Of a stretch of 64,000 bases of DNA, positions 27,243 to 40,083 are shown piece after piece. Position 1 is the first letter of the stretch; each line of letters opens with the position of its first letter. The position numbers and the translations under genes are program-made. The notes below the pieces were generated by a model. It saw only the letters and a program-made list of their open reading frames with translations. It was not told the DNA's origin and searched no databases. The stretch comes from Takakia lepidozioides. Lineage: Eukaryota; Plantae; Bryophyta. The stretch is from positions 9,424,001-9,488,000 of the forward strand of contig CM060732.1 in assembly GCA_030704615.1 (NCBI GenBank), read 5' to 3'.

Positions 27243-28910
27243 CTTTTTTCACTCGTTTCGTGGTACCTTGATGGGGAGGCTGGGCTCTGAAGAACAACGG
27301 TTTTGAGCTAGTTGATCCGGCAGAAAAGTCAGAATTGCCTCCTTGTTGCATTTTAACAAAGGGGATTACTCCCCTGCAGATAATCTTTTCGGGTTTTCAG
27401 CCCAATTCTTAACTATGGGGGAGACCAGCCTGTAGGTAATGCCTTTGGACAGAATGTTGTTGGGGCCTATATGTACCTCTATTTGCTCCATTTTTGAACC
27501 TTCAGTGAATGGCGTGGTTTCCTGAGGTGGTTCCAATCTGAGGAATGGCTGGTGGACGTAAGGAGGCACTGGCGGACCCTGTGGAGGCTTGCATGGGGCC
27601 TTGGAGGCCAAGTTTCATGATCTCGTGGAGGGCGGTTTGAGGAGTGTCTACAGGATGCTCTCATGGTCATGCAAGTGAGAGAAGAGAGGAAAAAAAAGGG
27701 TGTTGGGATGAGAGCGTGCTGGGGAGAGGCATTGCTTTAGCTTCCCTTCCTCATAGCTTCCCACCTTCTCTGTAGGCCGAGACATTTCCGTAGATGGAGG
27801 CAATAGTCAATCCGGGTTTGGGCTGGGGTGTCCTTGCAGGAACGACACTGTGGAGTTGTTTTTGGTGTGGGGGAGTTGTTGTTTTCATTCTTGTGTTTGG
27901 ATCCCCTCCACACCTGCATGCTTGATTGTGCGCCATGCTAGTTTTGTGTGGGCGCTTGATTTTATAGGTGGTTGATTCGGGCTTGATCGCCGATCCCACC
28001 CTAGAGCATGCTGTCGATGGTGAGGCTGGGTTGATGACTAGTCAGACCATCTTTGTTTCTCTTGTGGTGAGGTTGGAGGCGATGACCAGCTAACCATAGG
28101 AGTGTCTGCGGTGGATGCAGGTGCAGGTGCAGGCTATGTTAGGAACCTAGTATTCCAAACCATAGGCCGCATCAGGTTCTCTACCCGGTTACCTTGTGGA
28201 GAGGGGGTTAGAGACAGGTTCATGACCGGTTGAGTGTCAGTTTGTCAACACGGAGGTGCCACTAGTTGCTGGGGAAAGTGCCGGTACGAGCACTAACGAT
28301 ACTAGCGGGTATACGAGACGAGGTGTGCGGTTTAGGCCACCTTCACCTCCTGTGTCTTCTACGGAAGGTTCTGATTCGGATTGTGAATCAGGAGGACTCA
28401 CACCGACGGTGTAAGTTGTTTCCTTGCCATTGTTGTGGGACACAATGGAGGAGATGTATGGAGCCACCAAGGGGCCACGAAGGTACTCTGGGGCGGTGGG
28501 CACCATTGAGTTGGATGATTTCATTCAAGAGTTTGATAGTTGGTGTGACTTGCAGCAAATGCGCAATCCACAACTGTTTACGCCTTTCATGGCATGGAAG
28601 GGGCTGTTTCAACACCTTGAGGGCCACCCATGGATGATTACCATGAGTTTAGGCGGGGGCACGATGTTGAGATCGAGGAGTGGAGGATGTACTGGTCACC
28701 TGACTATGTCTCCATCACTAGAGGGACAAGGGCAGCAGCCACACCGGCAGCTTCCACGAGCAGAAGTGGGACTAGTGGTACAAAGGCTACGACGTCCACC
28801 CAAGCTACTGCTGCACCAGCACCAGTGGCGGTGCCTGCCTTCAACCCTGTTGTGGAGTTCTTCGAAGAGTTGAGAAGGAACTACCAAGGGGTGAGGACAG
28901 AGATTGGCAA
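25947..28910 (+). mobile_element. LTR-retrotransposon 5' remnant with frameshifted gag-like ORF (~28266-28910)
   Basis: Abrupt TGTCAAG start. KGPRRYSG...ELDDFIQEFDSWC...LFQHLEG/PMDDY...VEFFEELRRNY is gag-like. LTR boundaries are unconfirmed. Confidence 0.5.
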
Positions 28911-28959
28911 TCCTTGTCTCATTCATCTTAGTGGGGGGGGGGGGGGGTCGTCTCTTCAC

Positions 28960-29720
28960 TTTTTCCATCGTTTACTGGGATGTGCAAAATTGTCTATTGT
29001 GTCTGTCCTGCACCTTGCAGTGCGCAATGGCTGGGTCTCAGGAATGAGAAATTGTTGGGTCGAGACGTCTGTGCATTGCGAAATCCCGTTGCAATCAGAG
29101 CATCTGCCTCAAGCTGAGAGAGGTTGCAACCCGGTGCAATAGGCCAAACCACGGGAGACTCAGGCATTCCTTGAATCCTGTACTTGGGCTTTCCAAATAT
29201 AAAATTCATTATATCGTGCCTACAGAACCAAAACACCTACGTTGTCGCCGCAACGAATCTGGCAGTCAGAAATCTGCTGCTGAAACAAGGTGCAGGTACA
29301 ACGCCGTGTGGGTTCCTCCTATTCATCTCACTGGCACCGTTGTTTGGTATCCACCCGGATGGCGCAACACTTCCCTCGAAATGCTGGTAATATTTGGGGC
29401 AATTCTCCACTGTGATTCAGACACTGTCTCTCCACAATGGGTATGTTGTACTACGTAACCGGCATAGATGGCACAGAATGGTCTTCGACTACGTGCCCTG
29501 TGCTCAAAAGGAGGTGGCGATCTTGAAAGTACTGGGGTTGTGGTGTTGGACGAGACGTCGTCCGACAACATTATGGGACCTCGATGTCCCGTGCAAGTAT
29601 TATTGTCTACTCGCCACGAATTCTCTTCGCCGCCAGGTTGGTCATCAATTCATTGTCTCACTAGATGGGTACGGACATCTCTTTCTAGGTGCAAACCTCT
29701 TTGAAGCAAAGGCGTGTCAC
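28960..29720 (-). pseudogene. Internal fragment of a family transposase (pre-SWIM region)
   Basis: SESQWRIA and FWFCRHDI...GKPKYRIQGMPESPVVWPIAPGCNLSQLEADAL, homologous to 3900-4560 of copy A. Confidence 0.75.
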
Positions 29721-30474
29721 AAAGGTTTCTCCAGTGTTGGCCGGGTATTGGGTTCAAAATCCATACCCGGCCGGTATATGAGCATACCCGGGTCTAAGCA
29801 AATTTTGAGACCCGGGCCCTGTGGCTATCTGACGGTTATTGCATGTTGAAGTACCCGGTGTGAGACCCGGCCACCAGGTCTCGTCTTGCACATCTCGCAC
29901 CTTAACCTCCGCTCCATCAATTTTTGGTTGCGCAAGTTATCAATCGAATCTGTCACTTCACAGATATCTTTGTTGCATCTGCGCAACCAGTTCTTTCTTG
30001 GGCTTGGGGACAATCTGTGAGATCTTTGGTCTATTGTGTAATTATTAATGCTAGGATATCTCAGTTTTGTGTGATGGAGACTCTTGCGAAGCTCTGTGGA
30101 TTGTCATATTTCGTGTGTGTAGTTAGGTTGCGTTCGTGTGAGATCTATTTTCTGCCTTGGCTTCCTCCTCGTCTAATCTCCAGGAAAATGCCATAGTAGC
30201 TGACATAGGGAGTGCAAATCATGTTGGAGGTGTCGTGGAGGGCCCACTTACAGAGCTTCTCAGCCAGCAGTTGCTTATGTTGCAGACTTAGTCTACATTT
30301 TGGAAACCCTACAACCGCAACTCTTTGTCGTGGTCTTTCTTTGCTGTTAACAATGATCTTCTAGTCGATTTGGTCCACCCTCAGGTTCTGCGAACATCAT
30401 TTGTCACTCTCAATAGATCAACCTTGTTCTGGCACAAAACACAAATAAAAGGAAAGGTTTGGTAACCTACAACA

Positions 30475-30850
30475 GAGCAACGACGCTACCGCGTGAGCCT
30501 GGCGCGTGAGCGTGTGAGCGTACGCTCACACAACGATGACGTGGTGTGAGCCTACGCTCACGCAGCTGATGTGGCGCTGATGCTGATGTGGCGTGAGCCT
30601 GGTCCAGGTCATGCCACGTCACCACAAAGAAGGTGGGCCTATAACCGTGGGGCCCCCAACAACTGATTTCACCACATGAAGGTGAAACGTATGAAGGGTT
30701 TCGGTGTCCACACGAGGTTGATTCGGAGAACTTCATATCAACCTCGTGTTGACACAATGTTGTTTTCTTAGAACTAAAATCAACCTTGTGTCGGCACAAG
30801 GGGGATTTGGAAAACTCCAAGTAAACCTCGTGTTAACACGAGGTTGATTT
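30475..30850 (+). mobile_element. Terminus and subterminal palindromes of host copy H
   Basis: GAGCAACG(ACG)CTACCGCGTGAGC, GTGAGC repeats, CCTATAACCGTGG, and 4 copies of AACCTCGTGT-YR-ACACGAGGTT at 30700-30850. Confidence 0.6.
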
Positions 30851-31049
30851 GATCATCTATCTATCTGAAGGTAGTTTCTTGTGCTTGCTAATGAAAACAG
30901 AATGACAAACCAATGCGACAAATGCATTGACCCACGCATAGCAAAGATGTTAGACGACATACATTGAGAGACACTGGACTTGAACAGCCATTCCATTACA
31001 AGTTGTAGTCAAGGAAAACACAGATTTTGGAGTGTCAAGTGCATGCTTT

Positions 31050-32518
31050 CTATGGGCTTGTATCCCGCTGTAGAAGTATGTTGACTTCGTTGAAACTCAT
31101 AGTGGCTTGGTGAATGAAGAAGTCCCGCTTTGGATCACAAACCATCCTTCTCAAGAAGACGAAGTAAAGGTGTTTGCACGGTATGAACTTCCCTCTCTTT
31201 CCCAAACTACTTGAAAGCATACCAACAAAATCAGGACAGTACAATTGGGAAAATTGGAAACAGTGATGTCGTACGTCTTGTCCTGCAGCGGAGATGCGGA
31301 TGAGATCATGGTGAAGACCCGACCATACCCTGGATCAGGCACTTCCATTGTTCCCGCAACACGAGCATTCTCGCGGACTCAATTTTGCCATAGTGTTCTG
31401 CGGTTGGAGGGAATCGTCGAACCAGCTTCTCATTCCATCTGGTTGGCCACAAGTGAGCGTCAGGCGGAGGTACCCGTGAACCGCTTGTACTTGAAGCACC
31501 TTCACGTGTAATGGAATGTCTGGCTAGGGAGAAACCCGCCTCTTCCAGCATTGCGATCTCTTGGTGAGTGAGACCTATGCCCATCTTCACAGGCCACACG
31601 GTTGGTGGAGTAGGCTTCCTCACCACGGAGGGCCTCACTGTCCCACGCACACAACTCCCGCAATCGTCAGCGCAAAACCAAAACTTGTGGTTCTTTGCCT
31701 CTCCTTGGCCGTAAGGGAGAAATAAACCAATGAATGTAGGAGCTACAGTGCGTTCTTTCCCTCTGGATATTAATGATGTACATTTTTCATGATTGGTGGC
31801 CCTGATCACCACGCATTTCACACGCGATCCAGCACTTGTGCGTTCTATATGCCAAACCTCGTCCAAGCACATGGACTCTATTACATGCGGCACCACGTTC
31901 TGGTCTTCAACCATTGCAGTGACAGTGCTTGATGCAGGGGTCCGGTCTGGGGCAAAATGGCCCTCACCTGTGGATGTTCCGCAATTCCATCTCTGATCCA
32001 AGGGAACACGTGGCGTCGAGAAGTTGACCCGGTCCGCCCTATGGGAATCTGCATCCGATCCGGGAGGGGTATCCAATTTCCGTTTGCAAGACCTGAATCT
32101 CTCTTCGCCTTCCAAATGGTGAACTCTTCCCATGAGAGCGGTGCCATCAAGAATGACCTGTATCTGGTTTGTTGCTGCAGATCACGGATAAGGTCATCGG
32201 CCGTAGCCGCATACAAATCTCTCCCCTTTTTGCCGGATTGCTGCAACCAGGCATTGTGCACTGTCTCCGCTAGATTGCAAGACGGCATGTCCGCCATCTC
32301 CTCAATGGACATATGCTGCAAGGCAAAAAAACACAAAGCCGATATTAGGATGGGACCCTGAAAGATATATCCGAAGCACCCAAAGGAAGATGAATGCAAA
32401 CCGCTCACCATTGTCATGGCCGCTCCCCACTGTCGGTAACGGAAGTGCCAAAATGCGAACCAATCTTCCAGTGCCCTCATGTTGTCCTCCGATGCCGCTC
32501 CAGATGAGTACCACCAGG
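31050..32518 (-). pseudogene. Copy H transposase, 3' part (catalytic E and SWIM)
   Basis: WWYSSGAASEDNMRALEDWFAFWHFRYRQWG, intron, SCNLAETVHNAW, YDITVSNFPNC/CPDF...PCKHLYFVF. Confidence 0.85.
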
Positions 32519-33220
32519 GGGGGCTACTATTTCATGAGCGGCATGAGCATGAGCGGAAAAAAAAAAAGCATGAGCAGACCATTGTGAGTCCACGGAAATA
32601 GGGTTAGGAGGCACGGAAATAGGGTCATGTGAAGTTGGAATGTGGCACCAGTGGACTTGAAATGCAACATTTTATTGCAAATTTTGTGGCAAGCCACGTC
32701 TATACAAGTGTGTTCTAACTGTCATAGCCGGAATGGGCACTACTCTCCTACACCCTCCGAGGAACTTGCCCCACCTTCTTCCTCATCCCCCTCATCCCCC
32801 TCATCCTCCGAGCTCTGTGATGCATCAGTTCCACTATGCCTCTCAAAAATCCCGTCCTCTCCTTGGGGGACTGTCCACCTCACCTCCTGGGAATCTTCTG
32901 CGTCTTCTCCCCCACTTTCCTCAGCAGAATCCAAGACAAATCTACGAGCCCGACGGGCTCTAATAGCTGCTGCCTCCTCCCTCATCTTCATTTTCTTGAG
33001 GCTTGCCTCGTCTAAAATCTGCTGTACACGACTAGGTTCGGAACACCTCCTAATGGACACCGAAGCAAGCCGGGCAGCATAAGTAGGAAGGATGTACTCC
33101 CTTTCTGGACTAGGCATGAAATCCCCCTGGCAAAAAAGGCACGTTCCTCCTGCCCATGAACTCCGGTGTAGACGTCCCTCCGGCAGTACTTGGCATCCTA
33201 CAGTAAGAACAAATCCACTT

Positions 33221-34937
33221 CAAGAATGTCAATACCAGCAGAAGCAGAAAGGGTTTTCAATGAAATAAGAGAGCGAAGGGAGGTGCCTCACGAAATCTGG
33301 AGGCAACTTACAATGCGACCACTCACTCGTACACCGGGGGCTCCTCGGCCTCGATCCCAACTTGTTCCTCCCCCTGTTCCTTCTCGGATTTTTCCTCATC
33401 CTCCGAGGATGCCTCTTCCTCTTTTGGCAGACGTTCAGCCGCTGCAAGTTCCGAGTTGTGGAGGGCAGTATCTGGCTCGAAGGCGAACACATGCCTGTCG
33501 GACAACGTCCCTGCCCACATTGAAGCACCTGAGGAACAAAGCGGGCGGTTAATAGCTTGCGGCATGCAATTGCAATCGGGCCAGGGGACAAACTGAGCAC
33601 GTGAAGGCTTACCCGTGCCGCATGTGAAGTCCAGAATCCGCCCTTGGACATCCGAGCACGTCTCCATGAGGGTTTGGATGAAAGCAGGGCTCCGGGTCCG
33701 GCTGTACCGCCACGGTTTGCCTGTCTTTGTGTCCTTCGGCATACTGGAGTGGGGCACATAGTTGTAGAGGACATCGTAGGTAACAGGGTCCATAGCGGCA
33801 TCAACAAGACGACCGTCGTTGCGGAATTTGAACGTAGACCCTCTCTTCACAAAGCAATATGCCTCAAACACCAATGTCTGCACATCCAACAAAAGAGGGA
33901 TCAACTCCGGGATCTAGTTTAGATACACCACGATATGAGGTGAATGCAATAGATTGATAACTTACACTTTGGCCCTCTGTTCGCAACCCCTGTGTATTGA
34001 TGCAAAACCATTTTCTGAGGAGGAACGGGGTGACACTTTTCGGTGTCCATCTTGCCACCGCATTCTCTGTGGTCTTCCCTCAAGAATGTCAATACCAGCA
34101 CAACCAGAAAGGATTTTCAATGAAATAAGAGAGCGGAGGGAGGTGCCTCACAAAATCTGGAGGCAACTTACAATGCCACCACTCACTCGTAAACCGGGGG
34201 CTCCTCGGCCTCGATCCCAACTTCCTCCCCCTGCTCCTTCTCGGATTTTTCCTCATCCTCCGAGGATGCCTCTTCCTCTTTCGGCAGATGTTCAGCCGCT
34301 GCAAGTTCCGAGTTGTGGAGGGCAGTATCTGGCTTGAAGGCGAACACATGCCTGTCGGACAACGTCCCTGCCCACATTGAAGCACCTGAGGAACAAAGCG
34401 GGCGGTTAATAGCTTGCGGCATGCAATTGCAATCGGGCCAGGGGACAAACTGAGCACGTGAAGGCTTACCAGTGCCGCATGTGAGGTCCAGAATCCGCCC
34501 TTGGACATCCGAGCACGTCTCCATGAGGGTTTGGATGAAAGCAGGGCTCCGGGTCCGGCTGTACCGCCACGGTTTGCCTGTCTTTGTGTCCTTCGGCATA
34601 CTGGAGTGGGGCACATAGTTGTAGAGGACATCGTAGGTTACAGGGTCCACAGCGGCATCAACAAGACGACCGTCGTTGCGGAATTTGAACGTAGACCCTC
34701 TCTTCACAAAGCAATATGCCTCAAACACCAATGTCTGCACATCCAACAAAAAAGGGATCAACTCCAGGGTCTACTTAACATACACCACAATATGAAGTGA
34801 ATGCAATAGATTGATAACTTACACTTTGGCCCTCTGTTCGCAACCCCTATGTACTGATGCAGAACCATTTTCTGAGGAGGACCGGGGTGACACTTTTCGG
34901 TGTCCACCTTGCCACCGCATTCTCTGTGGTCTTCCCT
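33221..34937. repeat. ~860-bp tandem duplication of the MTase motif-I exons
   Basis: Units 33221-34080 and 34081-34937 both begin CAAGAATGTCAATACCAGCA and end GGTCTTCCCT; they differ by scattered substitutions. Confidence 0.92.
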
Positions 34938-35989
34938 CTCGTGGCAAGGACAACCACACATCCACTGTCATCCAGAAGCATCCCCGCCAGCCCAAACCCG
35001 GCTTTCCAGTAGTCCTCAGTAAACCTGTTCAGGTGGGCACACCATCCAGGCCCTCCAGCAGCTCCCCATCTGGAATGTTGAGGAGAATCATGTCGCAAGC
35101 TCTCTCCACCTCAACCCCCCCCCCCCCCCCCCCCGAGTGCTCTTGCAATCCGTGCTCACAGCCGTGAAGAATTCCATCATGGCTTCAAAACCAGGGGTGT
35201 CTTTAGGCTCTGTACCGCTAGCCCTCTTCTTGGCTTTCCCCTTTTGCTCCGCCAGAGACTTGCTGTGTGCCACCTTCTTTGCCCTGGTAGCGAGAGCGTC
35301 AAGGAAGCTCTCATTGACGCATTGGATGATGGTTGGAGGTTCTAGCTTTGGCCTATGCGTAAACGTCACCGCCGAATACCGCCGTGTAGGCTCGCCCTCA
35401 AATGCCAACTTCTTGGCAGAGCCAGTCCCACTCCGAACTGACTTGGGAACCCGGACGACCGGTGACTGGGTAGGAGCAACAGCAGTCGCAGGACCTTGAA
35501 CAAAGTCGTCGTCCAAGTCACTCTCTTGGGTCCCCTCCTGCACCTCCTCCGATGCCCCGATGGTTTTCTTCTTTTTGGGTGTTACTGCACTCACCTGTTT
35601 CCTTGTCCTTTTCCTTTGGCATTTACTCTTCTAATGCAATTTCTCCTGAATTCCTGCCTGAACAAGCTCTGCCGCTTTCCTGGAGTTCGCAAGCGCTTTT
35701 GCCTCTTTTGCACCCAACGGAGGCAGCGGAGCCCGGTTTCGTCGGAATTCAGCATCCAGCTTCAATTGAAACTCGGATGGGTCGAGCGAGCCGGGCGGAA
35801 GGTCCACATACCAAGGGCAATCACGCAAATGTTCCAGATGCCACTCCTTCACAATATCGTCAGTGTACATGGAGTCAGCCCCAGGGTTCCTCCATGCCAG
35901 GAAGAATGGTGGCTCGAAAGACAGATGACCTTTCTCCAAAAGGGATAACTTGCAGTACCTGCATTCATGAAAAATACAATGAGGTCCCT

Positions 35990-36665
35990 GAAATGCATAT
36001 TCGGCACCATTTTCCCAGGTTGGGGCGGATGTGAGTGGGCCTAGAAATGGAAAAATGGCACCGAATTTCGGTTTTCGGTGACTGCCACCCTAGGGACTTA
36101 GCCATCTTGGGAGCCCTGAACTGGAAATTCGGCGCCATTTTTCCCGGTTTGGCCCGAAGATGGCCAAGTCCCAGAACCGCAATAAGGCCTAGAACTGGAA
36201 AAATGGCGCCGAATTTCTAGTTCAGGGCCAGCCACCCTAGGGACTTAGCCCGAAAATGGCTACGTCCCTGAACGGCAATAGGGCCTAGAACTGGAAAATG
36301 GCGCCGAATTTCCAGTTCAGGGCCAGCCACCCTAGGGACTTAGCCTGAAAATGGCTACGTCCCTGAACGGCAATAGGGCCTAGAACTGGAAAATGGCGCC
36401 GAATTTCCAGTTCAGGGCCAGCCAGTCTAGGGACTTAGCCCGAAAATGGCTAAGTCCCTGAATGGCAATAGGGCCTAGAACTGGAAAATGGCGCCGAATT
36501 TCCACTTCAGGGCCAGCCACCCTAGGGACTTAGCCCAAAAATGGCTAAGTCCTTGAACGGCAATAGGGCCCGGAACTGGAAAATGGCGCCGAATTTCCAG
36601 TTCAGTGCCAGTCAGTCTAGGGACTTAGCCATTTTCGGAGCCCTGACTGGAAATTCAGCGCCATT
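35990..36665. repeat. Intronic ~95-bp tandem repeat with two inverted repeats per unit
   Basis: CTGGAAAATGGCGCCGAATTTCCAG and AGGGACTTAGCC...GGCTAAGTCCCT; units start at 36281, 36376 and 36471. Confidence 0.9.
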
Positions 36666-39600
36666 TTCCCTAACACCACATGAGGCCTCTAACATCCTGA
36701 AATGCAAGGACTTGAAAGAAAGGCAGCGCGTATGTACCTGTACAGAAGGCGCATTGCTGCTTTGTCCGCGTTTGGCTGGTCGGTGAACTCGTGGCTCCGG
36801 CGAGCATCTGCTATCTCCCGAAAGAATAGGTTGGTTTTGTAGAGCAGAAAGTACCTCGTCACATAGTCGCGTAGGCTCTCTGCTGCAGGAGATATCTCCA
36901 TCTTGAATTGATGTGCTTGTGTGTCCAGCTGCTCTTGTGCATTCGTCGTCACCTGTGGAGATTCTCCATCAGATCGCTTTCCTGAAAAAATACAATGAAT
37001 CCACCCCCTACTAGAGTAGAAGCCCCAAACGAAGCGTGGGGAAGTACCTGAAACCACCATGTCATGCGGTTCATCCACATGTTGAATGTGGGGTCAGAGA
37101 GTTTGTCCGGTTTGGGGAAGCTCCACATGTCCCTGGTACTTTGGGAACCATTCCAGATTTGGAGCCACCGGGTCTGTCCAACCACCCAGCATATTCGTAA
37201 GCGCCAAACACCACAAAAACGAGTTGTTGCCACCACAATTTGGTTAAGAATGTATCACCTTTTCTGTTGCATCCACACAGGATGTGGCTAGACGATGGAG
37301 CTTCTCCAATGTCATCGTGGGCTTCAGAGCGCGAGAGTAGTGCTTCCCCACCTCCACCAGAAAGTCGGCACCAAGGGCGGAATCAGCTATGGCCACGTAC
37401 TTTACCATCCGCGACTTGTACTTTATGCGGGCCCTCACCTCCGCAGCTTTGACATACGATTCGAGTGCCGGGAGGGTTGGATTCTTCTCCTCTGACTCCA
37501 TGTAGAACCTCCGCGCATGTGCCAAATCCTGCTATATTTTCGTCTGTCAAGAATGCGCACATAAGATTAGAGATCCTGCTCAACACAATTTCTTCTATTG
37601 GGGGAGGAGATTAGAAATCACGGTGAAGACCTTTTCTTCTATTGGGGGAGGAGAGACAGATTAGCTCAACAAAACTGTCAGGAGCTTTACCCGAAATATG
37701 TAGTCCACCATGGCGTCGACGCTCAGCCTATACCAGGTTCTGTCTGCCTTTGCCTCCGACTTGCGCAGGAGGTCGGCACTGAGGGAATTGGCAAACTCTT
37801 GCACCCCCTGCTTCCCGACATCCTTCACTCGGAAGAGCATATGGGACAAGTTGGTGGCAATGAAGGCATTCTTAGTCACCCTGCAGTGCAACATTTCCAT
37901 CAAACAATACTGAAATGGTAATTTTCATCATATATGAGGATTCGCAATGAAATGACTGCCAAATTCAAAGTCCAAAAGCGAGAGGCGTTGTAACTTACGA
38001 GTTGATGTCTGCCATTGCAGCTTTGAGAAGACTGCGATCTTTGGGCCCCGCAACCTTCAGCACAACACACTCCACGGCGAAATGCCAATCGAGGTCGTTG
38101 GGGTGGGCTTGGGCAATGTGCTCCATCCATGCCAGGAGGCGATGATTGCCGTCCCACACGTAGAACATCTTACCGGACAAGTGCTGGAAAAGAGGATCAC
38201 TAGCAATCGATCTCTCGAATTCCTCATTTCGCGTTTGCCAATGGGGACCCCATTTGTCCACCTCATCGGAAGTGTGGGCACGGGAAGCTCCGTGGTCGTT
38301 CTCAATGGAAACGTAAAACGCGGCAGACCCCATTCGATATCCATCCCGGAAAGAGAATTTCAGCTTGTCGATATCGCCTGGGAGGGCAGGTCTCACCACC
38401 TGCAATGACACCAAGCGGCAAAGGGGAATTCGAAGCTTGGCCGGGTACACCATGCCCCCCAGCACCCTGCCAATGTTGCTGTGGGTTGCCTCCAACATCT
38501 TGGCAGCGGCCAACTTCATATCCGCCTCCGACATGACATCTGCTGCAGAGGGGTTTTCCGGCAGCCCACCAGGACCGCCAAATCCAGCCTGTATGCTCCG
38601 GGTTTGGGGCCTGGGGATGTCCGGGAGGATGTCATCCTGGTCAGAAAGCTCCCTGTCGTCCTCCTCAACAGGGTCAGCCACCTGCGAAACCACCTCCAGC
38701 ACTCTCCCCGTCTCTACTGCCCTCTCCCTGGCTTCACCTCGAACTTGCACAATCCGTGCTCTTTCTGGTGTTCTTTCCTCTCCTCCACTCTCCACCGTAT
38801 GGGTAATTGCAGGGGCTGCTCTTGCCCGCGATGGTCTAACCGGTGTGTTGCTGCCTCTTTGTGGTGTCTTGGAGGGATCCACCGTCTCTGTGCGTCCCTC
38901 ACTTACATGGGAATCTGTCAGCTCGGAACCCCTGGCCTCTTCAGTGGCCTTTTCTCTTTCCTCCTAGCTAGCCTTGTGTCTTGCCTGTTCTTTTGCCCTC
39001 TCTTTTGCCCTCTCATGGGCTTTCTGTTTCTTATTAGGGCTAGCAGCAGGGGAGCCCGGATGGACGACCACCTTTGAGGTAGGCGAACTGACACCCTCGC
39101 GCGCACTGCGAACTCCCCCCTCCGCAGCCCGTGACGGCTCTTGCGCCGGGGATTGCACGTGCTTGGCTTTCTTCATCTTCTTTGCTTGGACGGGCCCTAC
39201 TGCTTCTGCATCAACAACCTCCATTGCCGGATCTGCTGTTCTCACTTCCTCACGCCCTTCACCTGCCATGAGGCCTGCACCAACCTCCCCAATGCTTATT
39301 CTGTCGTACTCTCGCTGCAGGTCCTCCCGTCCACCAACAAAAGGTTGAAGTTTGCCCTCTCGCTCCAAGGTGGGCGGTTCAAACATGCGATGAGTTGCAG
39401 TAGTCGATGATACCACCAGCGTGCCAGGCTCGTCGTCACTCTGTCATTCCCAAAGTCGTGAGAACCAACATCGGTGCCAAAACCAGCATCGCAACCACCA
39501 TAGCAACAATCGTGTAACAAAAATGAAAACATAACAAGTTTAGGAAGTATGGAGAGCTGAAAACAAATGCAACTATTGCCTGAGAATGACATGCACAAGC

Positions 39601-40083
39601 AGCCTTCTCCAGAGCTGCCGGATTTGCACACGCATTGCAAACAATCTAAGGTTCACTCATCCAGCAAAGCCAGGATGAAGATGCAAAAACAAAGCGAGGC
39701 AACAAAGCGAAAGCAGAAGTGGCTTGCCTGAGAGTACTCGGCTTCAGTTGGTGCGGGTTGTGAGCAAGACACTGGAATCTCCTGCTGGAGCTTCAGTTTG
39801 GCCATGCGAGAGATTGGCCGTCGTCCGTAGTACAGAGCTTTCAACTTCCGCCGCAGTCTGGATGTGAGGTCTCTCTCAGGAGAGCCACGCCCTTCAGGCG
39901 GCATAAGTCCCAGCCAAAATGGAAAAAGATCTCCGTTTTTGGGGTACATGCCTCCAATAGCATGTTAAGCCAAGATTAGCATCAGATTTAGGGTACGTAT
40001 CCAGGAAGCCATGTGTCGCCAGCCCGAATGAAAACGGACGGCGGTGGACATTTATTGCCCAACTGCGCAATTATCGGATGAAG

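Larger units (their letters stand above)
32740..39949 (-). pseudogene. Multi-exon ParB/Srx-like plus beta-class N4C/N6A methyltransferase-like fusion gene (copy B, most complete)
   Basis: MFYVWDGNHRLLAW at ~38140; CDMILLNIPDG at ~35066-35097; LLDDSGCVVV; RSPAFIQTLMETCSDVQGRILD[LF]TCGTG/ASMWAGTLSDRHVFAFEPD. GT-AG introns and several frameshifts. Confidence 0.8.

Noticed and set aside
29733-29880. CAGTGTT start with CCGGGTAT/ATACCCGG repeats as a hAT or MITE end
   Set aside because: No partner end, TSD or transposase was found.
32740-39949. Bacterial contamination, restriction-modification system or plasmid par locus
   Set aside because: The gene has GT-AG introns at conserved positions, lies inside a TSD-flanked MULE among plant TEs, and has no ParA or endonuclease partner.
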